Assembly: GCA_902555055.1 (NCBI GenBank)
Contig: CACDQN010000002.1
Location: 64,094-128,093 of the forward strand
DNA length: 64,000 bases
Reading direction: 5' to 3'
Source of the DNA: an uncultured Candidatus Actinomarina sp.
GTDB lineage: Bacteria > Actinomycetota > Acidimicrobiia > Actinomarinales > Actinomarinaceae
Shown: positions 36,587 through 46,115 of the stretch, piece by piece
Position numbering within the stretch: position 1 is the stretch's first letter
Layout of the letters: the number at the start of each line of letters is the position of its first letter
Notes under the pieces: generated by a model
What the model was told of the DNA's origin: nothing
Databases searched by the model: none
The model's input: the letters and a program-made list of their open reading frames with translations, nothing else
Program-made: the position numbers and the translations under genes

Positions 36587-39190
36587 TTGAGTATATTTAA
36601 AAAAGTACTTTCAGTAGGTAGTGGGAAATTAACTTCTGAATTAAATAAAATTGTTGAAGAAATCAACAGCAGAGAATCCTATCTTGAAAAATTAACAGAT
36701 GACGAAATTAAAAGTGGCTTTCTTGCATTGTCAGATAAAATCGATGATACACCTCACAGTATTGAAGTTGAAGCTTTTGCTTTTGTTCGAGAAGCTGCAA
36801 AAAGGTCAATAGGCCAAAGGCATTATGACGTTCAGCTTTTTGGAGGGCTAGTACTTCTTAGAAATAAAATCTCAGAAATGAAAACCGGTGAAGGTAAAAC
36901 CCTCGTTTCAACTCTTCCTATTTCATTAATGGCGCTTTATAAAAAAGGGGTCCATGTCGTTACTGTTAATGAGTATCTTGCAAAAAGAGATGCTGAATGG
37001 ATGAGCCCTATTTACAACTTCCTTGGTCTTGATGTGGGACTAATTTATTCCAACCAAGAATATTCCGAAAAAATTAATGCTTATAAAAAAGATATTACTT
37101 ATGGAACTAATAACGAGTTTGGTTTTGATTACTTGAGGGACAATATGGCTGTAAATAGTGAACAACTTGTTCAGGGGGATTTGTTTTACAGTGTCATTGA
37201 TGAAGTTGACTCAATCCTTGTTGATGAAGCGAGAACACCTTTAATTATTTCTGGAAAGGTCGACGACTCAACAAAATGGTATTCAGAGTTTACAAAAATT
37301 GTAAAAGGAATGAAAAATGATATTCATTATGAAATTGATGAAGCAAAAAAACAAGTTCATCCGACAGAAGTAGGGGTTGAGTTTGTTGAGGCAAGGCTTG
37401 GAATTACTAACCTGTATGAAAACACACAAACAAACTTTATTCATTATTTAACGGCATGTTTAAGAGCTAAAACAATCTTTACAAAGGATGTTGACTATAT
37501 TGTTTCAGATGGTCAGATTAAAATTGTTGACGAATTTACTGGCCGAGTTTTAGAGGGCAGGCGTTACTCTGATGGCTTACACCAAGCTCTAGAAGCAAAG
37601 GAAAATGTAAGGATCCAAGATGAGAATCAGACTTTAGCCTCTATTACATATCAGAATTACTTCAGAATGTATGAGAATCTAGCGGGTATGACTGGTACTG
37701 CTAAAACAGAAGAGGAAGAGTTTATACAAATTTACAACCTTGAAGTAATCGAAATTCCAACAAATGTTCCCATACAGCGCATGGATCAACAAGATGCTGT
37801 TTATAAAACAAATGATGCAAAATTAAATGCAGTCATTCAAGATATTGAAGATAGGAATAAAAAAGGACAGCCCATCTTACTAGGAACAGTATCAGTAGAA
37901 GCATCAGAAGAGGTGTCTAGAAAATTAACATCCAAAGGCATTGTTCATAATGTATTAAATGCTAAAAATCATGAACAAGAGGCAAATATCATTGCACAGG
38001 CTGGAAAATTAGGAGCAGTAACTGTTGCAACAAATATGGCTGGTAGAGGTGTTGATATCAAATTAGGTGGTAACCCAGAAGAGATGGCATTACAACAGCA
38101 AATTATTGAAAATAAATTAGACGATGAAAATTATCTTGAGCAAAAGATTGAAGAACTTGATAAACAAGTTGAAATAGAAAAACAAGAGGTTTTAGACCTA
38201 GGTGGTTTATACGTTTTAGGAACTGAGCGACATGATTCAAGAAGAATAGACAATCAGCTTAGAGGAAGATCTGGACGTCAGGGAGACCCAGGTGAATCAA
38301 GATTTTATATTTCTCTTCAAGACGACTTAATGAGAAGATTCCAAGGTGAAAGAATTGAATCAATTATGAACAAATTAAATCTGCCTGATGAGGAAAGAAT
38401 TGAACAAGCTATGGTCACAAAAAGCATTGAGAGGGCTCAATCTCAAGTCGAGTCTCTTAACTTTGAAATTAGAAAAAACGTTCTAAAATTTGATCAAGTT
38501 CTTAATCAACAGAGAGAAGTTATTTACAAATGGAGAAGACAACTTCTTAGATCTGAAAGTATTGAAGATTTGATTGCTGAATGGTTTAATGACGTAATTC
38601 AAGTTATAGATGTAAATATTGAGTCTTATAAGCGCAACTATGAAACTCTTGAACAATTTGAACAGTTAGTTTCAGATGAGCTTAGCGATTTACTTAGTGA
38701 TACAGTTAAAAAAGAATTTCTAAGTAAATTAGAAATAAATGACAGTCTAGACACTGTTGATAATCTTCATCTTTTGTTCGACAAAAATAAGACTCAAGAC
38801 GAAGAAAATTTTTGGAAACTTGCACGAGGGTCATCCTTATCTTTTATAGACCAAGCATGGAAAGATCACTTATCTGAAATGGATTACCTAAGATCAGGTA
38901 TCGGATTGAGAGCTATGGGTCAAAGGGATCCTCTTGTAGAATATCAAAATGAAGGATATGAGTTATTCGAGGATTTAATAAATAATGTAAAATTTTCAGT
39001 AATCAGGCTACTAATGAATTTTGATAAGACTTTAATTACACAAAGCACAAAAAAAGTCGATAAAGTTAAGACTATAGAGAGTAGCTCTGATAAGGTTGGT
39101 AGAAATGACCCTTGTCCTCTTGGATGTGGAATTAAATATAAAAAGTGTGGAATAGATAAGAAATGCAAAAAGATATCAGAAACAAATTAA
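36587..39190 (+). CDS. secA: Preprotein translocase ATPase SecA
   Basis: 867 aa, TTG start. MKTGEGKT, DEVDSILVDEARTPLIIS, TNMAGRGVDIKLGG. C-terminal Cys cluster CPLGCGIKYKKC. Confidence 0.95.
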   Translation: MSIFKKVLSVGSGKLTSELNKIVEEINSRESYLEKLTDDEIKSGFLALSDKIDDTPHSIEVEAFAFVREAAKRSIGQRHYDVQLFGGLVLLRNKISEMKTGEGKTLVSTLPISLMALYKKGVHVVTVNEYLAKRDAEWMSPIYNFLGLDVGLIYSNQEYSEKINAYKKDITYGTNNEFGFDYLRDNMAVNSEQLVQGDLFYSVIDEVDSILVDEARTPLIISGKVDDSTKWYSEFTKIVKGMKNDIHYEIDEAKKQVHPTEVGVEFVEARLGITNLYENTQTNFIHYLTACLRAKTIFTKDVDYIVSDGQIKIVDEFTGRVLEGRRYSDGLHQALEAKENVRIQDENQTLASITYQNYFRMYENLAGMTGTAKTEEEEFIQIYNLEVIEIPTNVPIQRMDQQDAVYKTNDAKLNAVIQDIEDRNKKGQPILLGTVSVEASEEVSRKLTSKGIVHNVLNAKNHEQEANIIAQAGKLGAVTVATNMAGRGVDIKLGGNPEEMALQQQIIENKLDDENYLEQKIEELDKQVEIEKQEVLDLGGLYVLGTERHDSRRIDNQLRGRSGRQGDPGESRFYISLQDDLMRRFQGERIESIMNKLNLPDEERIEQAMVTKSIERAQSQVESLNFEIRKNVLKFDQVLNQQREVIYKWRRQLLRSESIEDLIAEWFNDVIQVIDVNIESYKRNYETLEQFEQLVSDELSDLLSDTVKKEFLSKLEINDSLDTVDNLHLLFDKNKTQDEENFWKLARGSSLSFIDQAWKDHLSEMDYLRSGIGLRAMGQRDPLVEYQNEGYELFEDLINNVKFSVIRLLMNFDKTLITQSTKKVDKVKTIESSSDKVGRNDPCPLGCGIKYKKCGIDKKCKKISETN

Positions 39191-40267
39191 ATTTATTTAG
39201 CGAAAGATTAGTTTCAGCTAAGGAGTATCTTTGACTTTGAAAATAAATCAAGAAAGCTAAAAGAACTCAATTCTAAAATTAATAAAAAAGACTTCTGGGA
39301 AAATACGAAAAGAGCTCAAAAAATATCAATAGAAGCATCTTCTATTGAAAAACTCATTAACACTCTAAATAGTCTAGAAATAGAACTCAAGGAATTCGGT
39401 GAGTTGGTCAGCCTAGTTGATGACAAAGAATTAAACACAGATGAATTTTCAAAAGAGATTATGAAATTCGAACAGCAAATCCAAGAGATTGAAGACGAGG
39501 CTTTATATTTTGGGGAATATGACGACCTAAGCGCTGTTATTTCTATTAATGCTGGAGCGGGAGGTGTTGATGCTCATGATTGGGCTGAGATGTTAATGAG
39601 GATGTATACTAGGCATCTTTCTGACAAGAATATGGACTACGAAATTGAAGAAATCTCCCAAGGCGAAGAGGCTGGTATCAAGTCAGCTTCAATAAGGGTT
39701 GATTCTTTTAGAGCTTATGCAAACTTAGAAAGCGAACGGGGTGTTCACAGACTAGTTCGTATAAGTCCATTTGATAGTAATAAGCGAAGACATACAAGTT
39801 TTGCTGGAGTTGATGTAATTCCTTTAATTGAACATAATGATGAAATTAATATACAAGATGATGAGATAAGGGTTGATGTCTATAGATCTTCTGGTGCAGG
39901 TGGTCAACATGTTAACACTACTGATTCTGCAGTACGGATTACCCATTTGGAAACAGGAATTGTGGTAGCGTGCCAGGCAGAAAGATCTCAATTGCAAAAT
40001 AAAACAAGAGCTTTGGAACTTTTAAAGACAAAGCTGATTTTAAAAAAACGAGAAGATGACCTCGAGAAACTAAATGATATTAGGGGAGACCAACACGAAG
40101 CTGGATGGGGAAGACAAATAAGATCTTATGTTCTCCAGCCTTATCAACAGGTTAAAGATTCTAGGAGTAATCTTGAAGTTGGAAATGTTCAAAATGTTCT
40201 AGATGGAGATATTGCTATTTTTACAAAAGAGTATCTAAAATGGCGTAGACAGGGAATAAATGATTAA
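39163..40267 (+). CDS. prfB: Peptide chain release factor 2, requires a programmed +1 frameshift (frame 0 is 39163-39231, then 39233-40267)
   Basis: Frame 0 reads MQKDIRNKLNLFSERLVSAKEYL, then in-frame TGA at 39232-39234. The +1 frame continues DFENKSRKLKELNS and joins the ORF-track fragment 39404-40267, which carries SPF (RISPFDS) and GGQ (GAGGQHVN). Total length is 367 aa. Confidence 0.9.
39220..39235 (+). other. RF2 autoregulatory +1 frameshift site: AAGGAG-TAT-CTT-TGA-C
   Basis: SD-like AAGGAG lies 3 nt upstream of the slippery CTT, followed by TGA C. This is the same layout as E. coli prfB (AGGGGG TAT CTT TGA C). Confidence 0.9.
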
Positions 40268-40943
40268 TTTAAATAATGTATCTTTGGTTTTTCAAGGTGG
40301 TAGTGTTGCACTATCAAATATCACCACATCCATTAATGAAGGAGAATTTGTATATTTAGTTGGTCATTCAGGAAGTGGTAAGTCATCTTTTTTAAAATTA
40401 TTGTATAAAGAATATATTTCTACAAAAGGCGAGATTGAAGTAGCTGGATTAAATGTAGTAGAACTTCCAAAGTGGAAAACACCTTTATTGAGAAGAAATC
40501 TTGGTATTGTAACTCAAGAACCTCAATTATTAGAAAATCGTAATACTTATGAAAATATTTCTTTTGCTTTAGAAGTAATGGGCATTAAAGCAGAAGAAAT
40601 TGAATCAAAAACTAATACACTACTTGACTTAGTTGAATTAAATGAAAATGCTTTTAAATTTCCTAATCAGCTATCAGGTGGAGAACAAACCAGAGTAAGC
40701 ATTGCAAGGGCAATAGCAAACAATCCATTAATACTATTATGTGATGAGCCTACTGGAAATCTTGATCCTGATTTGAGTGTACAAATAGTTAGTTTGTTAG
40801 AAAAAATTAATAGAGCTGGAACAACAGTGGTGATGGCAACACATGATTCATCAATTGTTAATAGAAGAAAAAAAAGAGTAATTGAGCTTTCAAATGGAAA
40901 AATAGTTAGAGATGATGAACAAGGTAGATACATTTTAAGGTAG
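40260..40943 (+). CDS. ftsE: Cell-division ABC ATPase FtsE
   Basis: 227 aa. GHSGSGKSS, LSGGEQTRV, LLCDEPTGNLD. Overlaps the prfB stop (ATGATTAA). Confidence 0.9.
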   Translation: MINLNNVSLVFQGGSVALSNITTSINEGEFVYLVGHSGSGKSSFLKLLYKEYISTKGEIEVAGLNVVELPKWKTPLLRRNLGIVTQEPQLLENRNTYENISFALEVMGIKAEEIESKTNTLLDLVELNENAFKFPNQLSGGEQTRVSIARAIANNPLILLCDEPTGNLDPDLSVQIVSLLEKINRAGTTVVMATHDSSIVNRRKKRVIELSNGKIVRDDEQGRYILR

Positions 40944-40946
40944 ATT

Positions 40947-41822
40947 ATGAATAAATTTTCTTATGTTGTAAAAAATACAATTCTCAATATGAGAAGGACG
41001 CCCTTACTCGTATTTGCAACAATTATTGCTGTGCTTGTATCTTCTTTCTTGGTTTTTACAACTCTTTCTGCAAGGTCAATTGTACAGAATAATACCCTTA
41101 GGTGGCAGAATGGAACACATGTAGTAGTGTTTCTTGATGACAGAGTTACTACAACCGCACATAAACAACTTCAGGAGTCACTTGAGTCCTATTCAGAAGT
41201 TAGAACTGTAGATTACTTTACTAAGGCCGAAGCGGAGGATGAATTCAGAGCACTTTTTAAAGATCAGCCAGATCTATTAAGTGAAGTTGATTATGAAAAG
41301 TTACCTTCATCTTTAAGAGTGAATTTAAACAATCCATCAGATTATGAACTAATTATAGAAAGAATGGATGGTAATCCAGCAGTAAAAGAAATTAGAACTA
41401 GTGGTGAAGCCATTGAAAGGTTACTAAGTCTTACTGACACTTTAGTTGTATCTGCTTCAGCTTTTGCATTGCTTGTTGGTTTTGCTGCATTTATTTTAAT
41501 AATTAATACATTGAGACTTGCAGCTTATTCAAAAAAGAAAGAAATTAAAATTATGAGATTAGTTGGGGCATCCTCTACATACATAAGACTCCCATTTATT
41601 TTTGAAGCAATTTTTGAATCTCTGATTGGTACAAGTATTGCCGTAGGACTAGGTTGGGGAATAATTGAGTACTCAAAGAACTCAATAGTTGCCGAAAGTA
41701 TTTTTGATATTACAATTTCCGATTCCTACTTAATATATCTCACTCTAGTTCTGCTCCTTTCATCTATTGTTTTTGGACTTTTTGCATCTTTTGTTGGGAT
41801 AAGAAAGGTTTTGAATGATTAA
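40947..41822 (+). CDS. ftsX: Cell-division permease FtsX
   Basis: 291 aa. One TM helix, a large extracytoplasmic loop, then 3 TM helices. Follows ftsE. Confidence 0.85.
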   Translation: MNKFSYVVKNTILNMRRTPLLVFATIIAVLVSSFLVFTTLSARSIVQNNTLRWQNGTHVVVFLDDRVTTTAHKQLQESLESYSEVRTVDYFTKAEAEDEFRALFKDQPDLLSEVDYEKLPSSLRVNLNNPSDYELIIERMDGNPAVKEIRTSGEAIERLLSLTDTLVVSASAFALLVGFAAFILIINTLRLAAYSKKKEIKIMRLVGASSTYIRLPFIFEAIFESLIGTSIAVGLGWGIIEYSKNSIVAESIFDITISDSYLIYLTLVLLLSSIVFGLFASFVGIRKVLND

Positions 41823-43188
41823 AAAATTTATAACCTTAACAACAACTTTAGCAATTATTTCTACTCTTATGTTTCCAATGTCACTTCAAGCTATAACTGC
41901 AGAAGATCGACTTATTGAAGTTGAACGTCAACTTCAAGCAATTGCTGATCAAATTAGTAAATATGAAGGTGATAAAACAGATCTTGAAAAAGCAATACTT
42001 GAAAATGATCAAGATTTACAACAAGTCAACAGAGAGCTAGCCGAAGTACAATCTAGACTGCAAGCTGCTGAAAGAGAGCTTGAGGCAGCATTAGCTAATT
42101 ATGATGGAACCTTAGATGACTTAGCAAATGTACAACAGACAATAGTACAAGAGCAAACAAAATTAGGTAAAATTAAAAATGAGATTTCAAATGTATCTGA
42201 CGAATTATTTGAAACACAGAAGCTATTAGTAGAAGCTGATGAAAAGTTACAAGATCAAGCTGTAAGTCTTTACATCAACGGAGTTGTTAGCCCCACCACA
42301 GCATTGTTTATTGAACTTAAAGAACTATCAAAATTTCTTGTAGCTCTTGGCTATGCTGCAACTGTTGTTGATTCAGCTTATGAGATAGTGGAGCAATTAA
42401 ATGCTCTTCAGAATTTGGCTTCAACACAAACTGTATTTTTAACACAAAGAGAAGATGAGAGGCAAGAGATTGTTGATAATCTCCAAAATGAGGAGGAAAG
42501 AAAAACTCAAATTTCTATAGAAGCTGAAGAATTTGCAGAAGAAGTTGAGTTAAAAAAAGATGCTGTAGAAAGAGAAAAACTACAAGTTGAATCAAAAAAG
42601 TACCAAGTTTTAAGAGCTAGGCAAAATGCTCAGAGTTTATTAAATCAAGCTAACAAAGAATTAGAAAAACTAGACAAAGAACATGCTGATCTCGAAAAAC
42701 TTGAAGATGCAATCCAGGCTGATATTGAAAGACTCAGTAGTGTTGGAGGTGTAGCTCCTAATCAATTATCTTGGCCAGTTACAACCGGTTATGTTTCAAG
42801 TGGTTACAAATGGAGAAGAATAGGAGGTACAACAAGTTTTCATGGAGCTATAGACATAGCAGCAAGTAGGGGAACTCCTATCAAAGCAGCAGCTGGTGGT
42901 GTGGTAATACTTGCAAGGTATTATGGATTGGCAGGTAGAACAGTATTTATTGATCATGGAGGTGGTATGACTACCCTTTATTTTCATATGGATAAAATTT
43001 TAGTTTCTGTTGGACAAACAGTTGTTACGGGAGATCAAATTGGAACTGTTGGTTCTACCGGTAGATCAACAGGTCCTCATGTACACTTCGAAGTAAGGTT
43101 AAAAAATCCAAGTTCTGCAAATTGCTCTCTGCCTTACTTAGATCCAACTTCAAGAGGTCGTGTCAATCCATATTGTTTCCTAGACTGA
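41815..43188 (+). CDS. Coiled-coil M23 (LytM) peptidoglycan endopeptidase, EnvC-like architecture
   Basis: 457 aa. Signal peptide, then about 300 aa of heptad-rich Q/E/L sequence, then an M23 domain with intact HGAID (HxxxD) and GPHVHFEV (HxH). The start overlaps the ftsX stop. Confidence 0.85.
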   Translation: MIKKFITLTTTLAIISTLMFPMSLQAITAEDRLIEVERQLQAIADQISKYEGDKTDLEKAILENDQDLQQVNRELAEVQSRLQAAERELEAALANYDGTLDDLANVQQTIVQEQTKLGKIKNEISNVSDELFETQKLLVEADEKLQDQAVSLYINGVVSPTTALFIELKELSKFLVALGYAATVVDSAYEIVEQLNALQNLASTQTVFLTQREDERQEIVDNLQNEEERKTQISIEAEEFAEEVELKKDAVEREKLQVESKKYQVLRARQNAQSLLNQANKELEKLDKEHADLEKLEDAIQADIERLSSVGGVAPNQLSWPVTTGYVSSGYKWRRIGGTTSFHGAIDIAASRGTPIKAAAGGVVILARYYGLAGRTVFIDHGGGMTTLYFHMDKILVSVGQTVVTGDQIGTVGSTGRSTGPHVHFEVRLKNPSSANCSLPYLDPTSRGRVNPYCFLD

Positions 43189-43619
43189 TGAAAGTATTTG
43201 CTCAAAATCGAAAAGCGAGAAATTCCTATAATTTTGAGGAGTTCTACGAGGCTGGAATAGTGTTAAGTGGACCAGAAACTAAAAGTATTAGAACTGGCTC
43301 AGTTTCAATTGTTGATGCTTTTGCAATTATAGAAAATGAAGAAGCATTTATTATGGAAATGAATATTGAGCCTTATAAATATGCTGATCAAATTGAATAT
43401 GACCCCAAGTCACAAAGAAAACTTTTATTACATAAAAATGAAATCAAACGTTTAATTGGACTTACTTCACAAAAAGGATTTACTTTAATAGCAACAAAAC
43501 TATTTGAAAAAAATGGATATATCAAAATTGAACTTGCTTTGGCAAAAGGGAAAAAAGATTATGATAAAAGAAAAAAAATTATTGAAAAGCAGCAATTAAA
43601 AGAGATTAAAGACTACTAA
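43188..43619 (+). CDS. smpB: SsrA-binding protein SmpB
   Basis: 143 aa from ATG 43188 (MKVFAQNRKARNSYNFEE..., GIVLSGPETKSIR). The ORF-track start at 43122 lies inside the M23 gene. Confidence 0.9.
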   Translation: MKVFAQNRKARNSYNFEEFYEAGIVLSGPETKSIRTGSVSIVDAFAIIENEEAFIMEMNIEPYKYADQIEYDPKSQRKLLLHKNEIKRLIGLTSQKGFTLIATKLFEKNGYIKIELALAKGKKDYDKRKKIIEKQQLKEIKDY

Positions 43620-45135
43620 AAACTTTTTCAGTTCCAACCCTTATATCAGCAACACCTTTAAAATTATCTGTTTTATCTTTGTATATTATTGAAATCGGCC
43701 CATAGGCATTTTTATATCCATTTTCATTTGTAACTTCATGCCCTTTTTTCTTAAGAAAATTAATTTCTTTATCACTTATTTTTTCAAATTTAATTTTCGA
43801 ATGTGTGTTTGAACCAAAATAATCAATAACCCACCTTGGTTTTTTAATAATATTTTCAAAGGATTCTAAATTTAATAAATAAGGCAATATAACTTGAATA
43901 AGTAGTTGGGGTTGATATCTACCTCCTCTGGTACCTATTATGAATTCAAGATTATCATCTCTACTCCACAGTGTTGGCGAAAGAGTGTGCAGGGGTTTGT
44001 TACCAGCTTTTAAATAGTTGGGATGGTGCTGGTCTAAATTAAATCCACATCCTCTGTTATGCAGAAAAAATCCATAATTTCCGACACCAATCCTGCTTCC
44101 TATTCCATGAAAATTAGATTGAATGAGCGATACACCAAGGCCATTTTTATCAACAGTGTTCATATAAGCAGTGCCTCCACCATGGGGTTTTGGAAAATTA
44201 TACAATTCCGATTTCTTCGGATTAAAAAGTTTGATTTTTTCCTGGATATACCTTAAATCTGTTCCAATAAAGTCTTCTAATTTATCTTTATAATCGTATA
44301 AAATATTATCCCTATCAGATGCAAAAATTCTATACATTTCAATTAATTGGTGTAGATTAAATTCTCCTGATTCCATCATTTCATAGGCTTTCAATGTTGT
44401 AAGTGTTAGGTAACCCTGAGTAGGTGGTTGTGATGTCCATGCTTTATAGCCAAAAATATCAATACTCAATGGTTCTTTCCATTCAGCTTTATAATTTGAT
44501 AAATCTTTAAGGGTCAGTGTATTGGATACACTATCTGATATTGATTTTGCTATCTCATCTTGATAAAAATATTCAAGCCCTTTTTTTTGTAAAAGCTCTA
44601 ATGTTTTTCCAAGTTGAGGCCTTCTAATTTTTTCTCCAATTTCATAAGGTAAATTATTTTTATAAAATGAGAACGCAGAGGCATCACCTCCTAATTCGTC
44701 TCCGTGAGTTTTTAAAGATTTATACAGCTCTTCACTGACATCAAATCCACTATGACATAATTGAATGCCCAGTTCAAGAATATCTTCAATTGGAATACTC
44801 CCATACTTTTTATTTAATTCGCCCCAACCTGCAACGGCCCCAGGCACTGTAACAGAGTAAGGATGATTTAAAGGAATTTCATCTAGTCCCATTAATTTTT
44901 TTGGATTTACTCCTGTCCCGGCATATCCGGATGCATCTAGGAATGCAGGTTTATTTTTTTCAGGATCCCATACAATTGCAAATAAATCACCACCAATTCC
45001 ACAGGTTTCCGGAGCTACAATACCCTGAATCAAGTTTGTTGCAATAGCAGCATCAACTGCATTACCTCCTTTTCTCAGAACATTAGACCCTATGTCTGTT
45101 GATAAAAAATGTGGAGAAACTATAACATCATTCAT
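43606..45135 (-). CDS. ggt: Gamma-glutamyltransferase family protein (no signal peptide)
   Basis: 509 aa. Autoprocessing/nucleophile Thr in PHGGGTAYMNTVD. N-terminal GGNAVDAAIA. Confidence 0.85.
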   Translation of the reverse strand: MNDVIVSPHFLSTDIGSNVLRKGGNAVDAAIATNLIQGIVAPETCGIGGDLFAIVWDPEKNKPAFLDASGYAGTGVNPKKLMGLDEIPLNHPYSVTVPGAVAGWGELNKKYGSIPIEDILELGIQLCHSGFDVSEELYKSLKTHGDELGGDASAFSFYKNNLPYEIGEKIRRPQLGKTLELLQKKGLEYFYQDEIAKSISDSVSNTLTLKDLSNYKAEWKEPLSIDIFGYKAWTSQPPTQGYLTLTTLKAYEMMESGEFNLHQLIEMYRIFASDRDNILYDYKDKLEDFIGTDLRYIQEKIKLFNPKKSELYNFPKPHGGGTAYMNTVDKNGLGVSLIQSNFHGIGSRIGVGNYGFFLHNRGCGFNLDQHHPNYLKAGNKPLHTLSPTLWSRDDNLEFIIGTRGGRYQPQLLIQVILPYLLNLESFENIIKKPRWVIDYFGSNTHSKIKFEKISDKEINFLKKKGHEVTNENGYKNAYGPISIIYKDKTDNFKGVADIRVGTEKVFSSL

Positions 45136-45231
45136 AGTGATAATTATACGTATATTTTTTTATATATTTCCTTTCGAAAGTTACTTGTATAAATTGAACA
45201 ACTATAAAATTATTAAACAACAAGGAGAAAT

Positions 45232-45540
45232 ATGAAAGATATAAATGCAGAAGAGTATGCAGAACTAATTAATTCTGATTCACCAGTAGTAATTGACTTT
45301 CACGCGACCTGGTGCGGGCCATGCAAAGTTTTAAGCCCAATATTAGAAGAATTATCTGATGAAGTTGATGGTGTTGAGTTCGTTAAACTTGATGTTGACC
45401 AACATCCTGAAATTGCAGGAGCCAACGGAGTTATGGGAGTTCCAACAGTAGTCATGTTAAAAGGTGGCGAGGTCAAAGAACGCTTTGTAGGTGTTCAGCC
45501 AAAAGAAATTATTAAAGACAAAGTATCCGCACTAATTTAA
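45232..45540 (+). CDS. trxA: Thioredoxin
   Basis: 102 aa. WCGPCK. AAGGAG SD about 5 nt upstream of the start. Confidence 0.9.
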   Translation: MKDINAEEYAELINSDSPVVIDFHATWCGPCKVLSPILEELSDEVDGVEFVKLDVDQHPEIAGANGVMGVPTVVMLKGGEVKERFVGVQPKEIIKDKVSALI

Positions 45541-45541
45541 T

Positions 45542-45802
45542 TTGTTAAGAGTTATACTTTTTCTTCAAATAGCTCTCCTTGGGTTATTTATTGGTGCAGG
45601 TTATTTTGTATACCAAGAACTCTTGTTAATTTCCTTAGAAGTTGACAACGCCTTACTGGTTATTTCAGAAATTCAAGCATTATTACCAAAATTAGAAACA
45701 GCAATTAATACAGTAAACAATTTAGAAGAAGTATTTCAAAATTTGTCAGGTATAAGTGAAATTCTGAGTTTATTATTAGATCCATTGCAAAGTAATTCAT
45801 GA
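45542..45802 (+). CDS. Hypothetical small membrane-anchored protein
   Basis: 86 aa, TTG start. One N-terminal TM helix followed by a helical region. Packed between trxA and the mycoredoxin gene. Confidence 0.4.
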   Translation: MLRVILFLQIALLGLFIGAGYFVYQELLLISLEVDNALLVISEIQALLPKLETAINTVNNLEEVFQNLSGISEILSLLLDPLQSNS

Positions 45803-46053
45803 AAAGACAATTAGATTTTTATACAACAGATTGGTGTGGAGATTGTGTTAGATCTAAAGCGTTGTTGCACAAACACAATATCGAGTTTGAAGAGATCAAT
45901 GTTGATATTGATGAGAAAGCAAATGAATACATAAAGACATTGCAGGTCGATCAAAGAAGAATTCCAACCATTGTTTTTGATGATGGTTCTTTTTTAGTAG
46001 AGCCATCAGATATCGAGTTAGAAAATAAATTAAAATCTCTAAAATATTTGTAA
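45799..46053 (+). CDS. Mycoredoxin / actinobacterial glutaredoxin-like protein
   Basis: 84 aa. FYTTDWCGDCVRSK and RIPTIVFDDGS match my recollection of the GlrX_actino family. Confidence 0.75.
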   Translation: MKRQLDFYTTDWCGDCVRSKALLHKHNIEFEEINVDIDEKANEYIKTLQVDQRRIPTIVFDDGSFLVEPSDIELENKLKSLKYL

Positions 46054-46115
46054 ACAAATTGTTAATTTTAATAAAGGTCTTTGTGTAAATATTTTCATCG
46101 TTTATCTTTATACAA

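Noticed and set aside
39404-40267. ORF-track model of RF2 as a 287-aa protein starting at GTG 39404.
   Set aside because: It lacks RF2 domain 1. The +1 frameshift model from ATG 39163 restores a full-length 367-aa RF2.
43122-43187. N-terminal extension of SmpB into the M23 gene.
   Set aside because: The conserved SmpB N-terminus starts at ATG 43188, which overlaps the M23 TGA. The extension is just the alternative frame of the upstream gene.
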